From an uncultured Acidimicrobiales bacterium (GTDB lineage Bacteria > Actinomycetota > Acidimicrobiia > Acidimicrobiales > DATKAS01), in the NCBI GenBank assembly GCA_963773315.1, contig CAVZAF010000010.1, positions 117,519 through 181,518 on the forward strand: a stretch of DNA of 64,000 nucleotides. The letters run 5' to 3'. Positions 29,410-38,889 of this stretch are shown one piece after another (positions within the stretch are counted from its first letter, which is position 1; each line of letters opens with the position of its first letter). The notes beneath the pieces were generated by a model, which saw only the letters and a program-made list of their open reading frames with translations, did not search any database and was not told the DNA's origin. The translations under genes and the position numbers were made by a program.

Positions 29410-30966
29410 CGCCGCGGTCGCGGCCAGGGCGGCCGCTTCGGCCCTGGTGCGGACGCCGAGCTTGTTGAGGATGCGGCTCACGTGGTGCTCGGCGGTCTTC
29501 GGGGAGATGTAGAGACGGGCTGCGATCTCGGCGTTCGTGTTGCCCTGGCGCACGAGGTCGAGCACCTCGAGCTCGCGCGCGCTGAGGCCGGCGATGGCCC
29601 GTTCCTGGTGCTCGGCCGAGCGCACGCGGGCGGGCGCCCCGAGCTGGCGCAGGAGCGCGGCCGCCCGATCGGCGCCACCGCTTGCACCGATGCGCTCGAA
29701 GACGGCGGCCGCCGCTCGGGCTTCGTCGATCGCCCTCGGGCTCTCGCCCGCCGTGGCGAGCGACTCGGCAAGCGCGACACGGGCCGTGGCCTCGAGGAAC
29801 GGTCGCTCGCTGAAGATCGCTCGTGCCTTGTCGAAGCTCGCGATCGCCTGCACGTGCTCGCCTCGAGCCACGGCGACGCGTCCCGCCGCGAGTGCCGCTT
29901 CGCCCTCGACCGTGGGACTGGCGCCTCGGTCTGCGAACGCGCCGAGCTCCTCGGCGGCGACGTTGGCGGCGTCGAGGTCGCCGAGCGCGATCTCGGCCTC
30001 GACCAGGCGAGCCAGCAGCTTCGACGCCCGCAAGACGTCGCCCTGCATCTCCTTGAGGCCGCGCCGAGCGGTTGCCGCCGCGAGCTCGGGCTCGCCCTCC
30101 AACAAGCGAAGCCGAGCCATTGGCTCGCAGGCAGGGACACGGTCTTCATAGGGGGCGAGCAGCGCCGCCGCTTCGTCGACGCGCCCTTGTTCGAGTCGCA
30201 CCCGCGCGAGGTTGCATGTCGTCTCGAGGCGGTGGCTCGCGTTCTGCGACGCGGACGGTGAGAGCGCTTCGGTCATGACCGCCTCGGCCTCGTCGAATCG
30301 GCCCGCGCTCGCGAGCACCGAGCCGTACGCGACGAGGCAATGGGTGGCGAGCACCGTCGGCGGCGGTCCTCCGGTCGCTCCCGTCACCGCTTCGTGCACC
30401 ACGCGGACCCACTCGTCGACGCGATTGACATCGCCCACGCGCTCGCATCCGCTCAACATCGAGCAGAAGCACTTGCCCGCGATGTTGAAGTCGTCCACCT
30501 CGCCGGCGGAGATCGCGGCCATGGCGCTGTCGAGGCGATCGAACCCCTCTCGCACTCGACCCTGCGTGACGAGGGCCAGTCCGCCGTCCGCCAGCGCTCG
30601 CACCTCGAGGTTGTGATCGTGGAACTCGAGCGCGATGGCGAGGGCCCGATCGGCACTGGCCTCGAGCTCGTCGACATCGGGACGGTCGCACGCCATGTAC
30701 GCGAGCTCGTAGTAGCCCCACTCGACGCACGGACCGACCTCGTCGAGCGCGCGCCGAGCCCGATCGAGCCATCCGCGGCCAGCTGCCGCGTTGCCGAGCG
30801 CGTTGTCGTGGAGCTCGGCGAGCGAGATGGCGACCCGGCCGGCAGCGCACAGGTCGCCCCGGTCTCGGAAGCCACGGAACGCCGCCTCGGCCTGGCGACG
30901 GCACTCGATGAGGTCGTCGGCCTGGAATGCGGCGCCCGCGGCCCGATGGTGCTCTTCGGGCGTCAT
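29398..30966 (-). CDS. LuxR-family regulator with N-terminal TPR-like helical domain
   Basis: LSARELEVLDLVRQGNTNAEIAARLYISPKTAEHHVSRILNKLG. Confidence 0.9.
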   Translation of the reverse strand: MTPEEHHRAAGAAFQADDLIECRRQAEAAFRGFRDRGDLCAAGRVAISLAELHDNALGNAAAGRGWLDRARRALDEVGPCVEWGYYELAYMACDRPDVDELEASADRALAIALEFHDHNLEVRALADGGLALVTQGRVREGFDRLDSAMAAISAGEVDDFNIAGKCFCSMLSGCERVGDVNRVDEWVRVVHEAVTGATGGPPPTVLATHCLVAYGSVLASAGRFDEAEAVMTEALSPSASQNASHRLETTCNLARVRLEQGRVDEAAALLAPYEDRVPACEPMARLRLLEGEPELAAATARRGLKEMQGDVLRASKLLARLVEAEIALGDLDAANVAAEELGAFADRGASPTVEGEAALAAGRVAVARGEHVQAIASFDKARAIFSERPFLEATARVALAESLATAGESPRAIDEARAAAAVFERIGASGGADRAAALLRQLGAPARVRSAEHQERAIAGLSARELEVLDLVRQGNTNAEIAARLYISPKTAEHHVSRILNKLGVRTRAEAAALAATAARPQ

Positions 30967-31940
30967 CCGCTGATCGTAGGGCGGGCGCTGCTGGTGCCGT
31001 AGGTGGTGGCGAGCTCGGACGCGAGGCGGGAGAGCTGCTCGCGGACCTCGGTCGGGTCGAGCACCTCGACCAAGGATCCGAAGCCGGCGATCTCCGCGGC
31101 GAGCAGCCACGGGCTCTGCCCCCGCAGCTCGACTTCGACGCGGCCGTCGGGCGTTGTCGGCCCGATTCGCACGCGCGTGCCGAACATGTGTCGGAGATCC
31201 CACACGACTTCGCCGCTCGCCAGCGCGTTCGCTCGCAGCGGGGCGCGGCGCTGGTCGACCTCGTCGGTGATGAGCTTCCACGCTTCTGCGAGGTCGAAGC
31301 CGGCTGGCCGCACGACGCGTTCGCCCGTTGGCTCGACCGATGTCATGCGGTCGACGCGGAACGTGCGGAGCCCCGCCTCGGTGTCGGCGACGAGGTACCA
31401 CGCGGTTCCTTTCGTCGCGAGCCCGAGCGGGTGCACGACGCGTGTCGAGCTCGCCTGATCGCGGGCGACGTAGCCGAGGACGAGCTGCTGGCCTTCGATC
31501 ACCGCGCGCTGTACCGCGTCGAGGTGTGTCGGTTCCTTGCGAGGAGCGGCGACGTTGTCCCAGCCGACCGGGTCGATGATCATCGCTGTCGACGCGGCCT
31601 CGGCGTCGGGGCGGAACGTCTCGGGGAGCGCGCGGGCGAGCTTGCGGAGCGCGGCCTTCACCTCGGGTGTCGCCGACGACGACGGGCCGGCGACGAGGAA
31701 GAGCGCCCGGGCTTCGGCTGCGGTCAGGCCGCTCAGGTCGGTGCGGCCGCCCCCGATCAGCTGCCATCCGCCGTTGCGCCCCTGACGTGAGTAGATCGGT
31801 AGCCCGGCCATGCCGAGCGCCTCGAGGTCACGGCGGGCGGTGCGTTCGCTCACCTCGAGCTCGGCCGCGACCTCGCCCGCGGTGACCTGTCCCTTGGCCT
31901 GCAGGAGCAGGAGGATCGCGACCAGCCGATCGGCTCGCAT
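30963..31940 (-). CDS. HTH-WYL domain regulator (YafY/PafC family)
   Basis: MRADRLVAILLLLQ, EVSERTARRDLEAL, WYLVA, RTFRVDR. Confidence 0.93.
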   Translation of the reverse strand: MRADRLVAILLLLQAKGQVTAGEVAAELEVSERTARRDLEALGMAGLPIYSRQGRNGGWQLIGGGRTDLSGLTAAEARALFLVAGPSSSATPEVKAALRKLARALPETFRPDAEAASTAMIIDPVGWDNVAAPRKEPTHLDAVQRAVIEGQQLVLGYVARDQASSTRVVHPLGLATKGTAWYLVADTEAGLRTFRVDRMTSVEPTGERVVRPAGFDLAEAWKLITDEVDQRRAPLRANALASGEVVWDLRHMFGTRVRIGPTTPDGRVEVELRGQSPWLLAAEIAGFGSLVEVLDPTEVREQLSRLASELATTYGTSSARPTISG

Positions 31941-31961
31941 GACCGTCATTCTGACTTCACA

Positions 31962-31984
31962 AACCGGCCACATGCTGTCCGGTT
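31962..31984. promoter_or_regulatory. Imperfect inverted repeat in the divergent WYL promoter
   Basis: AACCGG-c-CA-catgc-TG-t-CCGGTT. Confidence 0.55.
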
Positions 31985-32004
31985 CCGAGGCGCATGATGG
32001 CGCC

Positions 32005-32580
32005 ATGGCAACCAAGCGAAACGATCCCCGAGTCCTGCTCGCCGGTGCGATGAGCTCCGCGGCCGAGGTCATCGGTGCCGTCACCGAAGACCAGCTCGAT
32101 CTCCCGACCCCGTGCTCCGACTTCGACGTGCGGACCCTCGCCGATCACCTGCTCTCCGCGCCGCCCACCGTCGCCAGCCTCGGGCGCGGCGACGAGTACG
32201 GCGCGGTCGCCGAGGTGGCTGTGCCCTTCGATCAGTGGCGCGAGCACTGGGCCAAGTCGGCGGCCGAGGCCCGTGCCGCGTGGGACGACGAGGCGTTGCT
32301 CGGCAAGGTCATCACGTTGCCGTGGGCGGAGCTCCCGGGCGGCGCGGTGCTCGCGCAGTTCACGGGCGAGATCGTCGTCCACACCTGGGACCTCGCGACT
32401 GCGACGGGCCAATGGGGCGAGTGGCAGCCCGAGGTGCTCGACCTCGCATTCGAGTCCTACAAGCAGGGCCTGCCCGCCGAGGGGCGAGAGCAGTTCCCCG
32501 TCTTCAAGCCGGTCGTGCCAGTGGCCGACGACGCGCCGCTCATCGACCAGATCGTCGCGTGGACAGGCCGCCAGCCCTGA
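32005..32580 (+). CDS. TIGR03086 family metal-binding protein
   Basis: PTPCSDFDVRTLADHL, VHTWDLATATG. Confidence 0.9.
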   Translation: MATKRNDPRVLLAGAMSSAAEVIGAVTEDQLDLPTPCSDFDVRTLADHLLSAPPTVASLGRGDEYGAVAEVAVPFDQWREHWAKSAAEARAAWDDEALLGKVITLPWAELPGGAVLAQFTGEIVVHTWDLATATGQWGEWQPEVLDLAFESYKQGLPAEGREQFPVFKPVVPVADDAPLIDQIVAWTGRQP

Positions 32581-32781
32581 GCGCGAGTCCGCCGACTGAA
32601 CGCTCCTCGGTCGGCGCGCACCTGCGCCGCTCCTTCCGCGCGATCGGGCATCTCCCCGAGCACCGAACCGAGCAAGAACACGAGCAGGGCGTCGACACGT
32701 TCCTCGTCTACGTGCACAAGTTCAGAGAGGTCGGCCATGGGTGGGACCGCGTCGACTGAGCGCGACTGACGCGTCTCGCGG

Positions 32782-33935
32782 TCATCCACCGAGCATCGCC
32801 GCGACCGACGCGAGCCGCTCGGGGACGTCGGCGCGGTGGTACACCCGCTCGCTCTCCTCGATGCCGTCGAGGAAGCGCTGGTAGATGATCGCCTGACGCA
32901 TCTGCGCGACCGGCGCGATGAGCTCGGCCGCGCGCGTGGGGTCGCTTCCAGGCACCGCCTCCGTCCAGCGCCGCATCCAGCGCTCGTGCAGCGCCGGCGC
33001 CCGCTCGCCGACGCGCTCCATGAACGCAGGACGGTCGAGCAGCGGATGTCCCACTCCGACGTCGCCCCAATCGAGGATCACCGGGGCGCCATGCGACCAC
33101 CGCACGTTGCCCGGATGGAAGTCGCCGTGGACGAAGGTGTCGGGCACGCCGCACGCGTCGAGGTCGTCGAAGATCGACGGCAGCCGCGCGACGAAGGCGT
33201 CGAGGACCCCTCGCTTGTCGGGGGCGCGCCGCGTGCGACCACGTCGGCAGCGAGCTCGAGGTACGTCGCGCAACGCCAGTCGGGCGCGCCGAGCGCGAGC
33301 AGCTCCTCCTCGCGGCCGACCCACTCGATCTGCAGCGAGACGAGCGTGTCGAGCATCGCCTCGAGCTGCTCGCCGTCGGCTTCGTAGCAGTCGTGGCCGG
33401 GAACGTCGGCGAGCAGCATCCGTCCCGGCTCGCCGGCGATGAGTCGAGGCACGCGTGCGTCGTTGCCGAGCGCGCGCAGCATCGCGGATTCGTGCGCGAA
33501 GAACGCCGGCACGTGCTTCAGCCACACGAGCCCGTCGTCAGTGGGGATCTTCCAGATGGACGACAGGTTCCACGTCCGGATCTGCACGGGCGGGCCAGTG
33601 ATCGTCACGTGGCCCGCTGCCCATGCGAGATCGGCGTCGGGGCCTCCGGGATGCGCGTAGGGCAGCCGGAGGGGATCGTCGGTGAGCGGCTTCTCCCATG
33701 GCGCGAGCAGGTCGCCCACGTCACCCCGTATGAGCTCGGCGAGATAGGTCACGGGCGTCTCGAACGGCACGTCGCCGTCGAGCAGTCGCAGCACCACGAT
33801 CTCGAGCCCGAACCGCTCGCGCACCTCAGTGACCACCGGCTCGGCCTCCTGCCACCAGGGCGATGCGAGGATGAACGCCGGCAGCGCGCCTCGGGGCGCG
33901 TCGATGACGACAGTGACCTCGCGCGGCGAAGGCAT
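32782..33935 (-). CDS. APH/choline-kinase-like phosphotransferase (one frameshift at about 33222)
   Basis: VWLKHVP, HGDFHPGNV, ILDWGD. Confidence 0.85.
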
Positions 33936-33938
33936 CGA

Positions 33939-34487
33939 TCAGAGCCGCGTCGCTCGCCAGAGCCGAACGGGCGTCGGGATGCCCTTCATGACGACAGGGC
34001 CGAGCTCGTCGAACGCGACACCCGGAAGTCTGCCTTCGACATCCAAGCGCGCTTGCTCTGAGGCGAGCACCTCGCCGGGACCGGCGACGTCGAGTATGCG
34101 CGCGGCCACATTCACGTCGTGGCCGATGAGGTCGGCCCCCTTGACGAGCGCTTTGCCGCAGTGCACTCCCATGCGCACCCAGAGCGGCAGCCCCGTCGTC
34201 GACGCGTCCTCGAAGCTCGATTGGAGGCGGAGCGTCGTGTCCAACGCGCTCGGTGCATCGGGGAACCACAGCAGCAGTCCGTCGCCGAGCTCTTTCACGA
34301 CGCGCGCATCGGCGGGCATCGCATCGTTCACGAGGTCCTCTTGGGTGCGCAGCAGCGCGAGCGCCTGCTCGTCGCCTTCGAGCGCGGTGAACTCGGTGAA
34401 CCCGACGATGTCGGTGAACACGATCGCGCCCCAGATCTCCTCGGCCGCGGTGGTCGCGGTCGCTGAGCGTCCGGGCGCGGGTGTCAT
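33939..34487 (-). CDS. Stand-alone class III adenylate cyclase
   Basis: FTDIVGFT, VKELGDG, DLIGHDVNVAAR. Confidence 0.9.
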   Translation of the reverse strand: MTPAPGRSATATTAAEEIWGAIVFTDIVGFTEFTALEGDEQALALLRTQEDLVNDAMPADARVVKELGDGLLLWFPDAPSALDTTLRLQSSFEDASTTGLPLWVRMGVHCGKALVKGADLIGHDVNVAARILDVAGPGEVLASEQARLDVEGRLPGVAFDELGPVVMKGIPTPVRLWRATRL

Positions 34488-35158
34488 CAGCCTGCGGCGA
34501 TCGCGATCTTGCCGCTGACCGTCCTCACCTCGACCTGCACGTCGTCGCCCGGCTCATAGTCGTGGCGCACCTTGCCTCTGCCGCCGAGCTGCACGTTCGG
34601 CTTCACTCCCGGCGGCAGGGCGACCTCGATCGACCCCGACACGGTGTGCACGCGCACGGGCCCGCCGGCGCCTGCCTGCACGTCCACCTTGCCGCTCACG
34701 GTGCGCACCTCGACGAGGCTCTTCGCGTCTATGTGCACGCTTCCCGACACAGACGAGATCGCTCCCTCGCCGGCTTCGTTCACGACGACCTTGCCGCTCT
34801 TGTTCGACACGCGACACATGCCGTTGCACTTGCCGACGACGACGCGTCCGCTGGTCGTGCGGAGGTCGGCGCTGTCGGCCCAGTCGACCTCGATCGAGCC
34901 GCTCGTGGAGGTGACGCGCACCGAGCCGAGCACGCCGATGAGCTCGATGTCGCCTGACACTGTGCCCACGGTGACGTCGCTGCCCACGGGGACCGAGACG
35001 CGCAGCGGGGAGGACTTCTTCTTGCCGTGCACCTCGATCGTGCCGTCGTCGCCGATCTCGCGCACCGCGTCCGGGCCGATGCCGACATCGTCACGTTCCT
35101 CGGCGGAGACGACGATCGTGCCGGAGACGGCATGCAGCCTCACCCGGGTCGCCGGCAT
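34487..35158 (-). CDS. DUF4097 (adhesin-like beta-solenoid) protein
   Basis: Repeated TVSG/STSG/SVSG beta units. Confidence 0.85.
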   Translation of the reverse strand: MPATRVRLHAVSGTIVVSAEERDDVGIGPDAVREIGDDGTIEVHGKKKSSPLRVSVPVGSDVTVGTVSGDIELIGVLGSVRVTSTSGSIEVDWADSADLRTTSGRVVVGKCNGMCRVSNKSGKVVVNEAGEGAISSVSGSVHIDAKSLVEVRTVSGKVDVQAGAGGPVRVHTVSGSIEVALPPGVKPNVQLGGRGKVRHDYEPGDDVQVEVRTVSGKIAIAAG

Positions 35159-35242
35159 CGGGCCATTGTCGCATCGGGCCGCCGACGTGCAACGAGTCGT
35201 TCGTCACGTCGTGGCTGGCCCCGGCCGCCTAGCGTCGGCCCG

Positions 35243-36649
35243 ATGCGGGAGCGACGGCCGACGGCTACGTCGAACTTCGGGGTCGGCCGCCGCGAGAGCC
35301 ACGACGCGACCGCCTTCTACGAACGCTTCCAGCCCCCCGAGCTCTCGACCGATGACGACGTTCCTCCGCCGAAAGAGGTCGCCGACCCCTTCGTGTGCGG
35401 TGACGCGCGATCGATGGACGAGCTCGACGACGGCTCGGTCGCGCTCGTCGTCACGTCGCCGCCGTACTTCGCGGGCAAGCACTACGAGGAGGAGCTCGAG
35501 CGCGAGGGCGTGCCGAGCTCGTACCTCGAGTACCTCGAGATGCTCACCGAGGTGTTCGCCGAGTGCGCGCGCAAGCTCGAGCCTGGCGGCCGCGTCGCGG
35601 TCAACGTCGCGAACCTCGGACGCAAGCCGTATCGCTCGCTGTCGGCCGACGTGATCACGATCCTCCAGGACCGCCTCGGCCTGCTCCTCCGGGGCGAGAT
35701 CATCTGGCAGAAGGGGGAGGGCGCGAGTGGATCGTGCGCGTGGGGCTCCTTCCGCAGCCCGGCCAACCCCGTGCTCCGCGACCTCACCGAGCGTGTGGTG
35801 GTCGCGAGCAAGGGCCGGTTCGACCGCGCCCGCACGGCAAAGGCGCGACGCATCGAGGGCCTGCCTCACGACGCGACACTGACCACCGAGGACTTCATGT
35901 CGCTCACCCTCGACGTGTGGGAGATCGCGCCGGAGAGCGCGCGGCGAGTCGGGCACCCCGCGCCGTTCCCCACCGAGCTGCCCGAGAAGCTCATCGCGCT
36001 GTACACCTACGTCGACGACCTCGTGCTCGACCCCTTCATGGGAAGCGGCACCGCGCTCGTCGCAGCAGCTCGCATGAGCCGCCGGTATGTCGGCTACGAC
36101 CTCGACCCGATGTACGTCGACATCGCTCGGCGACGGGTCGCGCTCGAAGGCATGCCCGCAGAGGCGAGCGCGCTCGCCGATCCGGTGAAGGGCGCGAAGA
36201 AGCTCGCGGAGGAAGTGCTCGTCGATGCCGGGTTCACGATCACGGGGCGCAACCGTCGGGTGCGGCGCACCGGAGTCGCGGTGAGCCTCGTTGCCGAGGA
36301 TCGCGCCGGCCTCCCGTGGGTGTTCGAGGTCGCCGGGGCGTCGACGTCGCACCGCGGAGGCCTCGCTCGCACCGACGTCGTATGGCGCACGCTGGGCCGC
36401 GTCTCCGCCGTGCGCGACCACGTGAACGGGCCGATCGTCCTCCTCACCCCGCAGCTGCCTCGGAAGGGGTCAGAGGGCGACCTCGCGCTGCGTGCTGCTG
36501 GGCCACAGGCGTTCTTCGATGCGATCGACCTCCGTCTGCCCGACGCGCGCGCTCGGCTCGGCGCGTATGCGCTCGGCGATCGCCGCGAACGCCCGCTCAT
36601 CGGGTTCTGGACCGCGCAGGACCTCGCTCCGCACCTCGACCGCGACTGA
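35243..36649 (+). CDS. Orphan beta-class N4-C/N6-A DNA methyltransferase with C-terminal PD-(D/E)XK-like domain
   Basis: VVTSPPY precedes HPAPFP and VLDPFMGSGT; extra C-terminal domain of about 150 aa. Confidence 0.88.
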   Translation: MRERRPTATSNFGVGRRESHDATAFYERFQPPELSTDDDVPPPKEVADPFVCGDARSMDELDDGSVALVVTSPPYFAGKHYEEELEREGVPSSYLEYLEMLTEVFAECARKLEPGGRVAVNVANLGRKPYRSLSADVITILQDRLGLLLRGEIIWQKGEGASGSCAWGSFRSPANPVLRDLTERVVVASKGRFDRARTAKARRIEGLPHDATLTTEDFMSLTLDVWEIAPESARRVGHPAPFPTELPEKLIALYTYVDDLVLDPFMGSGTALVAAARMSRRYVGYDLDPMYVDIARRRVALEGMPAEASALADPVKGAKKLAEEVLVDAGFTITGRNRRVRRTGVAVSLVAEDRAGLPWVFEVAGASTSHRGGLARTDVVWRTLGRVSAVRDHVNGPIVLLTPQLPRKGSEGDLALRAAGPQAFFDAIDLRLPDARARLGAYALGDRRERPLIGFWTAQDLAPHLDRD

Positions 36650-36658
36650 GCCACGCGG

Positions 36659-37939
36659 TCAGGGCAGCGGCGTCGGCTTTCCGAGCGCGCCGAGCTGCGC
36701 GATGTCGCGCGGGAACAGCAGCGAAATGGTCCAGTCGGTGACGACGCGGCTCTTGCGGGCGAGGCCCGGGATCATCAAGAGGTGGTAGCTGCGGCCCATC
36801 CACCATGCAACGAAGCCCTTGAACGTGTAGCCCTTCACCTCGGCGACGCCTTGCCACTTGCCGAGCGTCACTGCGAGGCCGCGGTCGTGGTAGTCGAACG
36901 ACGTCGGCTCGCCGTGTCCGAGCCACGCGGCGACGTTGCGGCCCGCGACCACGCCCTGTCGGAACGCGTGCTGCGCGGTCTGCGGCGACATGCCGCCTTC
37001 CGCTGCGGGCACGGCGGCTGCGTCGCCGAGCGCGAAGACTCCGGGGTGATCGGGCACTGCGAGGTGCTGATCGGTGATGAGCCGACCTTCCTTCGTCATG
37101 GGCAGTCCGAGCGAGGCGACGAACGGCGAAGGCCGCTGGCCCGCGGTCCACACGAGCGTGCCCGTGCGAAAGGTCTTCGTGTTGGCGCCCTCGGTCTCGA
37201 CGAGCTTGTCGACGCACGACGTGAGCCGGGTCTCGAGCATCACGTCGACGCCACGGCTGCGCAGGTAGCGAAGCGTGTAGGTCGCAAGGCGGGGGCTGAG
37301 GTTCGGGAGGACCGTGTCGCTCGCCTCGATGAGCACCCAGCGCAGGTCGACCGCGCGCAGGCGTGGGTACATGCGCAGCGCGTCGCGAGTGAGCGACTCG
37401 AGCTCGGCGAGCGCCTCGACTCCCGCATAGCCGCCACCGACGAACGTGAACGTGAGCAGCTCGCGGCGAAGGTCGTCGTCGGGAAGGTCGTGGGCGGCCT
37501 CGAGCTGCGCGAGCACTCGGTTCCGCAGCCAGATCGCGTCGGGCAACGTCTTGAAGCCGACGGCCTCTTCGGCGAGCCCGGGAATCGGAAACGTCGACGG
37601 CACCGACCCCGGCGCGAGCACAAGGGCTTGGTAGTGCAGATCGTGGCGCACTCCCGCGTGATCGGTCGCGACCGCGGTGTGGGCGTCGACCTCGACCGAG
37701 TCGATGGCACCGGTGATGACGTGCACCTTCTTCAGCATTGGCCGCAGCGGCACGACCGCGTGGCGGGGTTCGATCGTGCCCGAGGCCGCCTCGGCGAGCA
37801 GCGGTGAGAAGAGGAGGAAGTTCTCCGGCGTCACCAGCACCACTCGCTCGGCCCGATGTCCGAGCTGGCGCTCGAGCTCACGGGCCGCGTAGGCACCGCC
37901 GAACCCGCCTCCGACCACAAGGGCATCGCACTCCAACAT
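36659..37939 (-). CDS. Type II NADH dehydrogenase-like FAD oxidoreductase
   Basis: VVGGGFGG, FVGGGYAGVE, FALGDAA. Confidence 0.9.
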   Translation of the reverse strand: MLECDALVVGGGFGGAYAARELERQLGHRAERVVLVTPENFLLFSPLLAEAASGTIEPRHAVVPLRPMLKKVHVITGAIDSVEVDAHTAVATDHAGVRHDLHYQALVLAPGSVPSTFPIPGLAEEAVGFKTLPDAIWLRNRVLAQLEAAHDLPDDDLRRELLTFTFVGGGYAGVEALAELESLTRDALRMYPRLRAVDLRWVLIEASDTVLPNLSPRLATYTLRYLRSRGVDVMLETRLTSCVDKLVETEGANTKTFRTGTLVWTAGQRPSPFVASLGLPMTKEGRLITDQHLAVPDHPGVFALGDAAAVPAAEGGMSPQTAQHAFRQGVVAGRNVAAWLGHGEPTSFDYHDRGLAVTLGKWQGVAEVKGYTFKGFVAWWMGRSYHLLMIPGLARKSRVVTDWTISLLFPRDIAQLGALGKPTPLP

Positions 37940-37961
37940 GCGCCGATGCTACGCTGTCCAC

Positions 37962-38807
37962 ATGGCAGAACAGGTGTCTCAGAATATGAAACAGGATGTG
38001 ACGTTCCTTCCCGAGTGGGATGGGAAGGGCTATGCGGCCAACACGGGCCATCACCGCGTGCACGACGCCGCGTTCCTCGAGACGTTGCCGCTCACGCCGA
38101 CCGATCGTGTGCTCGACCTGTGCTGCGGATCGGGCGACTTCACGCGCACGCTCGCCGACCTCGTGCGCGAGGGTCACGTCCTCGGGCTCGACGCCCAGCC
38201 CTCGATGATCGACGAGGCTCGCACGCGAGCCGGCGCCAACCAGTCGTTCGTGACGGGTCCGGTGCAACACCTCGCGATGCTCGTGCCCGACGACGCGGCC
38301 TTCGACGTGGTGATGAGCCGTTCCGCGCTGCACTGGGTGCCGGAGGCGGACCATCCCGCCCTGCTCGCCGAGTGCTTCCGCGTTCTCCGGCCCGGCGGGG
38401 TCCTGCGCCTCGAGATGGGTGGCGGCGACAACGTGCGCGCGATGTGCGACCTGCTCGACAGCGTCTCCTCACGGCTCGGCGGCCCGACCACTCCGTGGAC
38501 GTTCTTGGGTGCAGGGTGCTACCTCGAGCTCGTCGAGGCGGCCGGGTTCTCGGTCGAGCACGGCTGGGTCCGCACCGTTGCCCAGCACCGCGCCTTCGAC
38601 CGCGCGGCGGTGATCGGCTGGCTCGAGAGCCAGTGCTTCCAGGCCTACGAGGCGACCATGCCCGCGGAGGCGCACCGCGAGTTCCGGGCCGAGGTGCTCG
38701 ATCGACTCGACGAGATGGGACGGCCCGACGGCGGCTTCGATCAGGTGTTCGTGCGGCTCGACGTGCGCGCCCATCGTCCAACACAGAGACCGACGTCACA
38801 GCAATAG
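37962..38807 (+). CDS. SAM-dependent methyltransferase (Tam-like)
   Basis: RVLDLCCGSG, SALHWV, VLRPGG. Confidence 0.88.
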   Translation: MAEQVSQNMKQDVTFLPEWDGKGYAANTGHHRVHDAAFLETLPLTPTDRVLDLCCGSGDFTRTLADLVREGHVLGLDAQPSMIDEARTRAGANQSFVTGPVQHLAMLVPDDAAFDVVMSRSALHWVPEADHPALLAECFRVLRPGGVLRLEMGGGDNVRAMCDLLDSVSSRLGGPTTPWTFLGAGCYLELVEAAGFSVEHGWVRTVAQHRAFDRAAVIGWLESQCFQAYEATMPAEAHREFRAEVLDRLDEMGRPDGGFDQVFVRLDVRAHRPTQRPTSQQ

Positions 38808-38889
38808 TCCGTTCGGCTCATCTCGATCCGAATCGGAACGTTCGATTGGTGAGCGGCGTTCTGTCTCCTGGTATTTCGCCCCAGGAGGA

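Noticed and set aside
32577..32789. Possible small ORF on either strand (CTG-start 32577-32759 plus, or MADLSEL.. minus)
   Set aside because: No convincing start or RBS on plus, the minus ORF overlaps the TIGR03086 gene heavily, and no motif is recognisable.
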